Below, in pieces: positions 37,079 to 49,275 of a DNA stretch of 64,000 nucleotides. The stretch's first letter is position 1; each line of letters opens with the position of its first letter. The stretch lies in the NCBI GenBank assembly GCA_052327205.1, contig JBMRGM010000040.1, forward strand, positions 41,416,001 to 41,480,000, in the 5' to 3' direction. The stretch is from Somniosus microcephalus (lineage: Eukaryota). Below the pieces are notes generated by a model. It searched no databases and was not told the DNA's origin. It saw nothing but the letters and a program-made list of their open reading frames with translations. Both the position numbers and the translations under genes were made by a program.

Positions 37079-38220
37079 TTAGAAGTACCGTGTAATAAGG
37101 TGGCGTCGTGCGGCCCTTGGCCCTGGTCGCTCCCTCCTGGGAACGTACTCCTGCTCCTCCTCCACCTCCTCCTCATGCTCCTCCTGCTCCTCCTCCTGAG
37201 GTGCTGGTCCAACGTCAGGTGGCAGTGCCTGAGTCCTGCGGATAGCCAGGTTGTGTAACATGCAGCAAACCACCACAAATTGGGAGACCCGGTCCGGCGA
37301 ATACTGGAGAGCTCCTCCAAAGCGATCAAGGCAGCAGAACCGCTGCTTGAGGACCCCAATAGTTAGCTCGATGATGTTGCGGGTGGTTTGATGGCTCTCG
37401 TTGTAGGCCTCTTCAGCAGCGGTCCTGGGCGCGCAGAGCGGGGTCATGAGCCAGGTACACAAAGGATAGCCTTTGTCCCCGAGCAGCCATCCTCTTGGGG
37501 GAGGCTGTGCCTGGAACATGTCATGCACGGTACTCTGCCGCAGGATAAAGGCATCGTGGCTGCTGCCTGGGAAGCTGCATTTGACTGCCATGATGCGCTG
37601 CTTGTTGTCACACACCAGCTGCACATTCAGAGAATGGTAGCCCTTCCTGTTGCGATACTGCTCGCCATGCTCCAGAGGGGCCCGCAAAGCCACATGCGTA
37701 CAGTCAATGGCGCCCTGCACCAATGGGAATTTCCCGAGTCTGTAAAATCCCAATGCGTGCTGATGCTGGCTCTCCAGGGCCATGGGGAAGGAGATGAATT
37801 GGCTTCTCCTTCTGAACAGTGCTTCGGTCACCTGGCGGATGCAGTGATGCGCGCCGTACTGGGTGATGTTTGCTATGTCCCCAGCAGCGTATTGGAAGGA
37901 GCCGGTGGCATAGAAGTTCAATGCCACCGTCACCTTCACTTCCACCGACAGAGACGTCCTGCACCTGAGCTTTGGCCGCAGATCTCGGCGAAGCAGGTGG
38001 CAGATCTCTGCAATCACCTCCTTTCGGAATCGGATCCTTTTAACACATCGCGCAGCACTCATGTTTAGGTAGGAGTGCTGCTGGCGGTATAGCCTGACTG
38101 GGTAAGGCCTACGTGGCCAACGCCGGTAGCCCCCTCTGCCTCTAGCCAGGGCTGCCCCTCTCACAATGCGTCTGCGAGCCCTACAGACATGGAGCTGCAG
38201 CTCCGCGTTGGCACCCCATG
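37079..38220 (-). CDS. Harbinger DDE transposase (HARBI1-like), intact ORF of about 380 aa
   Basis: GAIDCTHV, SSHDAFIL, LLGDKGYP, RNIIELTIGVLKQRF and CCMLHN motifs. The start is probably MGVTWG, with a TATAAA on the minus strand near 38392-38397. Confidence 0.95.
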
Positions 38221-38729
38221 TAACCCCCATAAAATCCTGGCAAACACTCAAATTTCCAAAAGGCCACTTGCAGCGCTCTGGCCTGAGTCCAAAAATACCT
38301 GGCTCTTGCTGCTTGAAACCAGTTAGCTATCCTCCTTGTTGTGTCTCCAGAAATGCGTTGCACAAGAGTGTTTTCTGAAAAAAGGCTGGCCTTTATACTG
38401 GAGTGCACGTCCCCTTTAATTTGCGCCCCCCAGGGCCCACGCTGGTTGTGTTGCGTTCCTTTTTCCAAACGCTCCGGCCGCCAGCCGCACAATGGGGTGG
38501 TCCGACTGAAGTTTGGAATCGGGGCGGCCAAAGGGCGTTACACGAGGATGTGACGTCATTTTCTGTGTGCGCGTCCGGCCGGGCGCTAAACTTTGCGCCG
38601 GCGCTAACGGGCAACTTAATTTGGGGCGGTGCGCAAACTGCGCTGCGCATGGGCACTACACGCATAGCGCCCGAAAATCACTTCTCTTAAGGCGCTAACT
38701 GCTGGCGCTAGCAACTGAAAATCTAGCCC

Positions 38730-38927
38730 AAAGTGTCTTGATATCACATGCTTTATAATTGACTCTAGCATTTTCCATACTACTGATGTTAGGCTAACCA
38801 GCCTGTAGTTTCCGGTTTTCACTCTCCCTCCTTTCTTAAGTAGTGGTATTACATTTGTCGCCCTCCAATCTACAGGAACTATTGCATAACCTATAGAATT
38901 TTGGAAGATTACAACCAATGCATCCAC
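38730..38927 (-). mobile_element. CR1 RT fragment
   Basis: DALVVIFQNS...GNYRLVSLTSVV. Confidence 0.85.
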
Positions 38928-38929
38928 TA

Positions 38930-39830
38930 TTCCATTCTCCCGGTGTCTCCTTCAAACTTGCTCTGACGATGCCACCTTCCCTACTAGTGCTTCTGATTTG
39001 TAATTCGTTTACCTCAGCCGAGGATTCCCCTCTACCATGGTTCACATGGCCCACTGCTGTGTTCATTCCAGTTCCCGCACTTCTGCTTTCATTCCATCCC
39101 AACCCTCCCAGAACGACAGTAGGTTTCGCCTTGTCCTCAACTTTCATCCCACCAGCCTGCACCTTCGATGGATCATCCTCCAGGATTTACGAAATCACCA
39201 GCGTGATCTCATCCACCAAACACATCTTCCTCTCACCTCTGCTTTGTGCATTCCAAAGGCACTGCTCCCTCGTCGACACCCTGGTCCACAGCTCCCCCCC
39301 CCACAACACCCCTCCCTCTTCGTCCAGCACCTTCCCGTGCAAGGGCAAGAGATGCAACAACTGCCCTTTTACCTCCTCCCTTCCCACTGTCGAGAGCCCC
39401 AAACACTACTTCCAGCTGAAACAACGATTTACTTGTATGTTTTGCAAATTAGTATATTGTATTCGTATTCACGATGTGGTCTTCTCCACATTGGGGATAC
39501 AAAACGCAGATTGTGTGACTGCTTTGTGGAACTCCCCCATTCAGTCCGTGAGGGTGACCTGAGCTCCCGGTCACCTGTCACTATAATTCTCCACTTCACT
39601 CCCACTCTGAAATCACCATCTTCGGCCTCTTACACTGTTGCAGTGAAGCTTAACGTAAGCTCGAGGAACATTGCCTCCTCTTCGATTAATCACATTACAA
39701 CCGTCTGGACTCAACATCGACTTCACCAATTTCAGATCATAACCTCTGCCTGTATCAATTGGTTTCTTTCCCTCACATGGCAGCTGTCTTTAATTCAGCA
39801 ATTGGCTTTTACATTTCATCTAGAACCATC
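38930..39830 (+). mobile_element. Penelope-like element fragment (GIY-YIG endonuclease region)
   Basis: PCKGKRCNNC, FQLKQRFTC...LVYCIR and SRCGLLHIGDTKRRL, frameshifted. Confidence 0.85.
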
Positions 39831-39879
39831 TTTAAAACACAACAGTAAAATATTTTACAGGCACCTCAATAAGTAAGAG

Positions 39880-41680
39880 AATTGGGATGGGAATAGTGCC
39901 ATTAACGGGTAGATAGGATAATACCACAGGTAACGATAGAGAGATGCCAGAAACATTAAATAATTATTTTGCTTCAGTATTTACCAGGGAGATAGAACAG
40001 GTGGGCATCTCATTTGATGATGAGATTAGTAACGAGATAAGTGCATTTAAAATAAAAAGGATTTATTAACTAAACTAATCAAACTCAAAGAGAATAAAAA
40101 CCCTGATCTGGATGGATTGCGTCCAAACATTTTAGTAGAATCTAGCGAAGCGATAGCAGAGGTATTACAACAAACATTTAATAATTCGTTTAAAAAAGTG
40201 TTGTGCCAGAGATTTGGCGGATAGTGAATGTAATACCTATAGTTAAGAAGGGGCATAGAACATGTCCAGGGAATTATAGACCAGTCAGCTTAACATCGAT
40301 AGTAGAAAAAAATGGAGCACTTACTAAAGGATAAAATAGAAGAACATCCCGAAACAAAAGACATAGAAATGATTAGTCAGCATGGATTTCAAAAGGGAAA
40401 GTCTTGCTTGACCATTATCATTGAATTTTTTGAAGAGTTAGCAGAAAGTGTCGACAATGATAATGCAGTAGGTTTAATTTTCCTGGATTTTCAAAAGGCC
40501 ATCCATAAGGTAACCCATAATAGACTGATATACAATATCAGATAATGTGCAGTCAGGGAACAAGTAGCAGAATGGATAGTTAGCTGGCTTCAAGACAGAA
40601 AGCATTGAGTGGGAGTAAAGGGTAGCTTATCACAGTGGCAGAAGTGTGTAGTGGTTTTCCACAAGGATCAGTGCTGGGACAACTGTTGTTCACAATTTAT
40701 ATTTTCGAATTAGATTTGAAATCAAAAACACAATTTTTAAATTTGTGGATGACACCAAATTGGTTGGGGTATAGTCAATCCTGAGGAGGACTACAACAAA
40801 TTACAGGCTGACATGAATAAACTTGCAGAATGGGCATATAATTGGCAAATGAACATAAACACATATAAATGTGATGTATTACGTTTTGGTAGGAAGAACA
40901 GGGAAGTCAAATATTAATTGGATGGTGCGAGTCTAGTTTGGGTAGAAGAGCAAAGTGATCTCGTAGTACAACTACACAATTCACTAAAAGTTGCGACACA
41001 GGTTAGCAAAGCCATCAACAAGCAAACCAAGAATTAGGGTTTATTTCTAGAGGTTTAGAGTTGAAAAGTAGGGAAGTTTTGCTAAACCTGAATCGAAACG
41101 TGGATAGACCACACTAACTGCGCTCAGTTCTGGTCGCCATATTTTAAAATAATATAGAGGAACTGGAGATGGTGCAGAGATTATTTCCAAGGCTGATGCC
41201 AGAAATGCGAGGGTATACATATCAGGAAAGGATGAACAGGCTGGGTCTCTTTTCTCTTGAAAAGAGGAGGTGGAGGGGTGACCTGAAAGAGGTCTTTAAA
41301 ATTATGAAAGGTTTTGATAGATTCGATAAAGAGAGAATGTTTATAATTGTGGGGAAGTTCATAAATAGAGGCAATTAATATAAGATAGTCACCAAGAAAT
41401 GCAATAGCGAATTCATAAGAAACGTCTTTACCCAGAGAATGGTGAGGATGTGGAACTCGTTATCACAGGGATTGGTTGAAGGGAAAAGTATCGATGAATT
41501 TAAGGGGAGGCGAGTTTAGCATATGAGGGAAAAGGGAAGAGAGGTTTATGCTGATAGATTTTGATGAGGTAAACCGGGAGGAATCTCGAGTGGAGCATTA
41601 ACGTTGGCATGGACTGGTTGGGCTGAATGGCCTGTTTCTGTGTCGTATATCCGACTTAGTCCTATGTAATCCTATGTAAA
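39880..41680 (+). mobile_element. Decayed CR1 LINE, 3' half
   Basis: SQHGFQKGKSCLT, DFQKA and RLGLFSLEKRR motifs with a (ATCCTATGT)-type tail. Confidence 0.9.
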
Positions 41681-42110
41681 GTAAATCTCCTCTCAACCAT
41701 CACTGCTCTCAGCTGAACAACTCCAACTTCTCTGCTGAATCCACGTAACTGATGTCATTCACCCTTTGAATCATTCTCGTAAATCTTTTATGCACCCTCT
41801 CTACTGCCTTCACATCGTTTCTATACTGTGGTGCCAAGAATTAGACATAATCGCTTTGAGGCGGAACCAGTGTTTTGTAAAGATTCATCATAACTTCCTT
41901 GCTTTTGTACTCTATGCTTCTATTTATGAAGTTCAGGATCCTGTATGATTTTTTAACCGCTTTCTCTACCTACCCTGACACCTTCAACGATCTGTCGACA
42001 TATAACCCCAGATGTCTATGTTCATGCACTCATTTTGAATTTTACCATTTATTGCCTCTCCTCATTCTTCTTGCCAAAATGTATCACCTCGCACTCTTCT
42101 GCATTAATAT
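41680..42110 (-). mobile_element. CR1 fragment
   Basis: Reverse complement of the CR1 ORF2 C-terminal region (CEVIHFG...LYKTLV). Confidence 0.7.
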
Positions 42111-42482
42111 ATTTCCTGCTGTTAGCGAATCTGTGGTAAAGTAAATGAAAAGAACAACAGAAATGGATTGCTGCATCTTCTTGTGCCGTCAAATGTTGGT
42201 AACTCAATTACCATTGTGACGTGAAAAATTGAAAGGTCCGTATCAGTGGTTGAGATTCTATAAAAGGGGAACTGATGGTTTCAAACAGAAGTGGGACATA
42301 AAATAAACCAGCTGGGGATCCAGTTCAATAACGTGGGCTCATCGATGCAATGTCCCTCTTTGATATCAAGAGAAGGGTTGGATTGAAATTCACATTTCTA
42401 CTAACTTTGTGGAGCCATAACCTGATTAACCAGAGTGAACAACTCCCATGAAACGTGGGGATGTGCATTTCATATGAAGGAA

Positions 42483-42790
42483 TTCATTTTTGCTGGAATT
42501 TAGGACGTGGGCGTCGTTGGCAAGGCCGACATTTACTGCCCAACCCCAGTTGCCCTTGAGATGATTGCCAGCCCACTTCTTGAATCCACTTGTGTTCCCA
42601 CAATGCTGTTTGGTACGGACTTTCAGGCCTTTGAGCGAGCGACACAGAAGGAACGCCAGATACAGTTCCCAGTCAGGATGGTGTCTGACTTGGATGTGGA
42701 ACTGGGAGATGATGCTATTCCCATGCAGCTGCTGCCATCGTCCTTTCTGATGACGGAGGTCGTGGGTGTGCGGAGCGCCGTCAAAATGCA
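42483..42790 (-). mobile_element. 3' fragment of the LINE family seen at 13154-14882
   Basis: Aligns to 13160-13480. Confidence 0.8.
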
Positions 42791-43654
42791 ACCCATTGAG
42801 TGATATGGAATGTTACAATGTGCTTAAGTTAAATATTTCACATATCAGGATGATTTTGAAAATCTCATTCTGCAGTTCCGGTTTTCTGACTGAGAATCTG
42901 TAATCTGACATGGCCAGCCAATCTGGCGGTGTCTCGTGAATTGACCATACATTCAGTGGAATAAAAAAATATCAGGATGATGACATTTGGCATTAAACAT
43001 TTCGCTGTAGTAGGCCCAGAGATTTAGGGAGTAAAATTTGAAATCAGGGACTTTGATTGTGTAATTATAATAGCCAGCCTGCAGTTCCCCTGTCAGAATG
43101 GCTTGTCTTCACATCGCTAATTATCGGGTCTCTCAGCTCCATCACACAGCATTCCCTCAGTACTCAGTCACAGGGGCAATTGTAAACTAGCACGATATTA
43201 CAATCCATTCAAGTCAATACAGGTTATAATTGGGCGGAGAATAAAACGGGAGGCCGATCACTCTCCGCCTCTTTCCCGCCTGGAGAATGTGGTTACAGTT
43301 ACTCTCCAAGTTTGGCCACGGGCTGCGCTGTCATGATTCTTTGGCCGGGTTGAATTAACAAAATTCTGACACAATGAGGTAATCATTAGTCCTGTACAGA
43401 AGCCTAAAACAAGCGATAGCCCATCATCAGCCCGTTTTACACATCACCGGACTTTCGTTCCCATTGCCTACAATGGAATCTGAATTCATGGGGTGTGAAA
43501 CGGGAGGCTGATTTGCTTTCGCTCGTTTTGCGCTTCCGCCCGTGACGATTTTCATCCCATTATCTCCTGTAACGCCCCTTGCCGCTAATAGATTCATAGG
43601 GTCTGAATGCAGGGTCAGTGTTACAGGGATCCTGTCAAGATTTGAGCAATAAAA

Positions 43655-44350
43655 ACAAAACGTAACCCTACTATTTAAGAAAGGAGGGCGAGAGAAAATG
43701 GTGAACTACAGACCAGTTGACCTGACATCAGTATTCGAGAAAAAGTTAGAATCTATTATTAAGGACTTAGTAAAAGGGCACTTCGAAAATAATAATAGGA
43801 TTGGCAGAGTCAACATGGATTTATGAAATGGTAAACGTGTTTGCCAAATTTGTTGGAGGTTTTTGAGGTTGTAACTAGCAGAATAGATAAGGGGGAACCA
43901 GTGGATATGGTGTTTTTGGATTTGCAGAAGGCATTGTATAAGTTGCCACACAATAGGTTATTAAACAAAATTAATGCTCATTCGATTGGTGGTAATATAC
44001 TAGTATGTATAGAGGATCAGTTAACGGACAGAAAGCAGAGAGTAGGAATAAACGGGTCATTTGCGGGTTGGCAGGCTGTAACTGGTGGGATACCGCAAGA
44101 TCAGTGCTTGGGCCTCAGCTATTCACAATCTATATCAATGATTTGGATGAGGGGACCGAATTTATTATATCTATGTTTTCTGATGATACATAGCTGGGTT
44201 GGAACATAAGTTGTGAGCAGGATGCAATGAGGCTTCAAGGGGATACAGACAGGCTTTGTAATTGGGCAAGAACACGGCAATTTGAACATAAGGCTCGAGG
44301 GGCCAAATCACCTACTCCTGCTCCTGCGGCTTATGTTCTTATGATGATAT
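43655..44350 (+). mobile_element. CR1 fragment with an internal deletion, joined to a CR1 3' tail
   Basis: NYRPVDLTSV, DLQKA and FSDDT motifs, then an abrupt jump to AGGCTCGAGGGGCC...TTATGTTCTTATG. Confidence 0.85.
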
Positions 44351-45756
44351 GTAACTCACTCCGTGCCCAACATTGCGAGCACTCGCCTGGAGTCTCAGCT
44401 GATTGTGTTTATAAAAACTTCAGTGTAATTCACTCCAAGTCCGGCACTGTGAGCTCTCCCTTGGTGTGTCAGCTCCCTGTGTTTATAAACACTTCAGTAT
44501 GATTCACTCCGTGTCCAACACTGTGAGCTCTCCCCTGGTGTGTCAGCTCACTGTGTTTCTAAACACTTCAGTGTAATTCACTCCGTGCCCAACATTGTGA
44601 ACTCGCTCTTCGTGTGTCAGCTGACTGTGTTTCTAAACACTTCAGTGTAATTCACTCCGTGCCCAACATTGTGAACTCTTTCTTGGTGTGTCAGCACACT
44701 GTGTTTCTAAACACTTAGTGTAATTCACTCCGTGCCCAACATTGTGAGCTCTCCCCTGCTGTGTCAGCTCACTGTGTTTATAAACATTTCAGTGTATTTC
44801 ACCCCCTCTCCAACCAATTGAGCTTTACCCAGGTGTGTCAGCTCACTGCGTTTATAAAGTCTTCAGTGTAATTCACTCCGTGTCCAGCACTGCGATCTCT
44901 CCCCTGGTATGTCAGCTCTCTTTTTTTATAAAAACTTAAGTGTAATTCACTCAAAGTCCGACACATTGAGCTTTCCATTGGTGTGTCAGATCACTGTGTT
45001 TATAAACACTTCAGTGTAATTCACTCCGTGTCCCACACTGTGAAATCTACCCTGGTGTGTCAGATCACTGTGTTCATAAACACTTCAGTATAACTCACTC
45101 CATGTCCCACACTGTGAGTTCTCCTCTGGTGTGTCAGATCACTGTGTTCATAAACACTTCAGTGTAACTCACTCCATGTCCCATACTGTGAGTTCTCCTC
45201 TGGTGTGTCAGCTCACTGTGTTTGTAAACAATTCAGTGTAATTCACTCCGTGTCCCACACTGTGAGCTCTCCTCTGGTGTGTCAGCTCACAGTGTTTATA
45301 AACACTTCAGTATAATTCACCCTGTGTCCTACACCGTGAGCTCTCCCCTGGTTTGTCAGCCACCTGTGTTTATAAACTCTTCAGTGTAATTCCCTTCGTG
45401 TCCGACACTGTTAGCTATCTTCCGGTGCGTAAGCTCTCTGTGTTTATAAACACTTCAGTGTAAATCACTCCGTGTCCGACACTGTGAGCTCTCCCCTGAT
45501 GTGTCAGCTCACTGTGTTTATGAACACATCAGTGTAATTCACTTCGCGTCCGACACTGTTAGCTATCCCCTGGTGTGTCAGCGCCATGTTTTAATAAACA
45601 CCTCAGTGTAATTCACTCCGTGTCCAACAATGTAAGCTCTCCCCTGGTGTGTCAGCTCACTGTGCTTATAAACACTTCAGTGTAAATCACTCCGTGTCAA
45701 ACACTGTGAGCTCTCCCCTGATGTGTCAGCTCACTGTGTTTATAAACACTTCAGTG
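44350..45756 (+). repeat. 74-bp tandem satellite, about 19 units
   Basis: Consensus AAACACTTCAGTGTAATTCACTCCGTGTCCGACACTGTGAGCTCTCCCCTGGTGTGTCAGCTCACTGTGTTTAT. Confidence 0.96.
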
Positions 45757-47649
45757 AAGGCAACAGTGCATGGCAGCGATAGGGGTAATGATAGCCAAAA
45801 TTTGACAGAGAGGTACAGAGCGTATACACATAAGAGAGCATTAGAAAGAGGGGTCCGAGTAGGGAAAAATAGTTAATAGACATCATTAACAACTCTATAT
45901 CTGAAAGCAAGCAGCATTCGTAACAAGATAGATGAGTTGGCAGCACCAATAGAAGTAACTGAGTTTGATCGGACAGCCTTTAGACAGACGTGGTTGCAAT
46001 GTGACTAAGGCTGGGAACTGAATATTCAGGGGGTTTTGCCATTTCGTAACGATAGGCAGAAAGGAAAACGAGCTCTCTTAATAAGGGTTAACTTCAGTGC
46101 GGTATTGAGAAATTAAATTGGCCTGCAAGATCAAGATGTAGAATCAATTAGGGTAGAGATAAGAAATAATAATCGTAAGAAGTCACCGGTGGGAATGGTC
46201 TCCAGCCCCGCAAAACAGTAACCACACGGTAGGGCAGAGTATACATCAAGAAATAATAGAAGTTTGTAACAAAGGTAGGGTAATCATCATGGGAGATTTT
46301 AATCTTCATATTGATTGGACAAAGCAAAATGGCGAAGGTAGACTTCAGGAAGTGTTCTTAAAGACTAAATGGGATGGTTTCTTGGAACAATATGTTATGG
46401 TTCCAAGCAGGGAGAAGAGTATTTTACATCTGGTAATTTGTAACGAGGCTTGATTAGTTAATGATCTCGAAGTGAAGGATACTCTTGGGAAGAGTGATCA
46501 AAGCATGCTAGCATTTCAAATTCAGTTTGAGGGTGCAAAAGTTAGCTGTCAATCTAGTGTCTGAACATAAACACAGGTAATTACAAAGGTATGAAGGCAA
46601 ATCTGGTTAAAGTGGACTGGAAAAAACATGTTAGAGTGTAAAACTGTAGAAAAGCAATGGTAATCATTTAAGGAGACATTTCATAACTCTCAGTAAAGAT
46701 ATTTACCTGTGTGAAAGAAATACTGTAAGGGAAGGATGAACAATTCGTGGCAAATTAAGGATGTAAAGCATGGTATCAATTTGGAAAAAAAAAGTATATC
46801 AAAAGTTGCAAAAAATAGTGAAAGGCCAGGAGATTGAAATTATTAAAAAAAACAGCAAAGGACAACTAAAAAAATGGTAAAGGGAGAGAAGATAGCTTAT
46901 GAGATTAAGTTAGCAAGAAATATAAAAACAGAGAGTAAGAGTTTCTACACGTATATAATAATGTAAAGCGACTAGCTACAGTAAACGTTGGTCCCCTAGA
47001 GGACGAGTCTGGGGAACTAATAATAGGAAACAGATATATGGCGGATATTTTGACCAAATATTTTGTATTGGTCTTCATGGTAGAAGGCATTTGAAGCATG
47101 CCAATAATGGATAATCAAAGGGCTACTGGAGTGCGGGGTGGAAACTTGAAACAATGACTGTCACTTGACAGAATGTACTGGGCAATCTAATGGGACAAAA
47201 GGTCGACAATTTCCCTGGACACGATGGCCTGCATCCCAGTGCCTTAAAAGATGTGGCTGCAGAGATATTGGATGCATTGGGTGTAAATTACGATAGATCC
47301 CTGGATTCTGGAGAGGTCCCAGCCGACTGGAAATCCACAAATATAACGCCCCTATTTAAGGCTGGAAGTAGACAGAATGCAGGGAATTTTCGACCAGTTT
47401 GCCTAGCTTCTGTCATTGGGAAAATGCTAGAGTGCATCATTAAGGACATGGTAGCAGGAGAGTTAGAAAATTTAGAATATAGCCAAGCAGAGTTAGCTTA
47501 GTTTTATGAAAGGGAAATCATTTTTGCCAATTTTCTGGAGTTCTTTGAGGATGCAACGAGCAGGATGGATAAAGGGGAACCAGTAGAGATCGTGTATATG
47601 GATTTCCAGAAGGTATTCGATAAGGTGTCACATATAATGTTTCTACACA

Positions 47650-48005
47650 GGACTAGACAGACTAGATGCAGGAAGGATGCTCCCGATGGCCGGGAAGTCC
47701 AGAACCAGGGGCCACAGTCTAAGGATAAGGGGTAAGCCATTTAGGACAGAGATGAGGAGGAATTTCTTCACTCAGAGAGTGGTGAACATGTGGAATACTC
47801 TATCACAGAAGGCAGTGGAGGCCAATTCATTAAATACATTCAAGAAGGAGTTAGGTATATTTCTTAAGGCTAAAGGGATCAAGGGATATTGGGAGAAGGC
47901 AGGGACAGGCTACTGAAGCTGTATGATCAGCCATGATCTCCTTCAATGGCAGAGGAGGCTCGAGTGGCCAAAGGCCTACTCCTGCTCCTATCTTCTATGT
48001 TTCTA
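47650..48005 (+). mobile_element. CR1 3' fragment nested in CR1
   Basis: SRTRGHSLRIRG...VVNMWN with a (TTTCTATG)n tail; TACAC occurs near both junctions. Confidence 0.85.
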
Positions 48006-48692
48006 TGTTTACACATGTTAAGAGCTGATGGGGTTGGGAGTGATATATTAGTATGATGGATAGAGGATTGGCTAACAAACATATAACAAAGAGTAGATGT
48101 AAATTGGACAATTTCAGATTGGCAATCTTTAACTAGTGCAGTGCCGCAGGGATTGGTGCTGGGGCCTCAACTACTTACAATCTATATTAGTGACTTGGTT
48201 GAAGGGACTGAATGTAATGTGGCAAAGTTTGCCGAAGTTAGAAACATAGGTGGGAAAGGAATTTGCGTGGAGGACACAAAGCATCTCCAAATGTATATAG
48301 ATAGGCTAAGTAAGTGGGCAAACATCTGGCAGGTGGGGTACTGCGAGGTTATCCGCATTGGTAGTAAAAATTAAAAAGCAAATTATTATTTAAATGGGGA
48401 GAGATTACAGAATGCTGAGGTACAGATGGATCTGGGGGTCTTTGTACATGAATCACAAACAGTTATCATGCAGGTATAGCAAATAGTTAGGAAGGTGACA
48501 TATGAAAACTACTAGGCACTTGGTCTAAGCATTAAACAAAGCTTCAATCAACTGTTTTACAACATGGAGGTCTAGTTCTGTCCTTCACTAGATCCTGATA
48601 AGAATTGTGTGGAGATGCCGGAGTTGGACTAGGGTGGACAAATGTAAGAAGTCACACAACACCAGGTTATAGTCCAACAGCTTTATTTAAAA

Positions 48693-48729
48693 TCACAAGC
48701 TTTCAGAGCGCTGCTCCTTCTTCAGGTGA
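48693..48729 (-). ncRNA. Minimal type I hammerhead ribozyme (Penelope type)
   Basis: UCAC-CUGAAGA-A-GGAGC-AGC-GCUCU-GAAA-GC-UU-GUGA. Confidence 0.7.
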
Positions 48730-49238
48730 AGTGGAGAAATGCATAAAGACACAGCTTATATAGTCAGAGAATCATGTCAGATTTTTACAGGTAACCTTTC
48801 CAAATGCCATTTATCACACCTCGGCAGAGAGATAATCACAGCAGTCAAAGGTGTGAATGGTGTCCAAACAGGTCAGTCAGGGAAACATTACATCAAAGAA
48901 CAATGAGGTGGGGTCACAAGGGGTCAAATATTGCAGATGCTGGGGTCTGTATGAAAAACAAAAAAACTGAGAAAACACATTTTTTTTGGCTGGATATCAC
49001 AGCAGGTCCGGCCGCATACAGACCCCAGCATCTGCAATATTTAACCCCTTGTGACCCCACCTCATTGTTCTTTGATGTAATGTTTCCCTGACTGACCTGT
49101 TTGGACACCATTCACACCTTTGACTGCTGTGATTATCTCTCTGCCGAGGTGTGATAAATGGCAGTTGGAAAGGTTATCTGTAAACATCTGACATGATTCT
49201 CTGACTATATAAGCTGTGTCTTTATGCATTTCTCCACT

Positions 49239-49275
49239 TCACCTGAAGAAGGAGCAGCGCTCCGAAAGCTTGTGA
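49239..49275 (+). ncRNA. Minimal type I hammerhead ribozyme (Penelope type)
   Basis: UCAC-CUGAAGA-A-GGAGC-AGC-GCUCC-GAAA-GC-UU-GUGA: core CUGANGA/GAAA, stem I UCAC/GUGA, stem II GGAGC/GCUCC, and palindromic AAGCUU at helix III. Confidence 0.75.

Larger units (their letters stand above)
34476..38729. mobile_element. Complete, apparently autonomous PIF/Harbinger transposon (4254 bp)
   Basis: Perfect 16-bp TIRs GGGCTAGATTTTCAGT, two convergent intact genes, and subterminal GGCGCTA/TAGCGCC repeats. Confidence 0.96.

Noticed and set aside
37079-38251. Domesticated host HARBI1 gene
   Set aside because: It lies between intact TIRs with a partner Myb gene, so it is a transposon copy.
44350-45756. 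V(D)J recombination signal sequences (many CACTGTG heptamers)
   Set aside because: No ACAAAAACC-like nonamer at 12- or 23-bp spacing and no V, D or J segments nearby.
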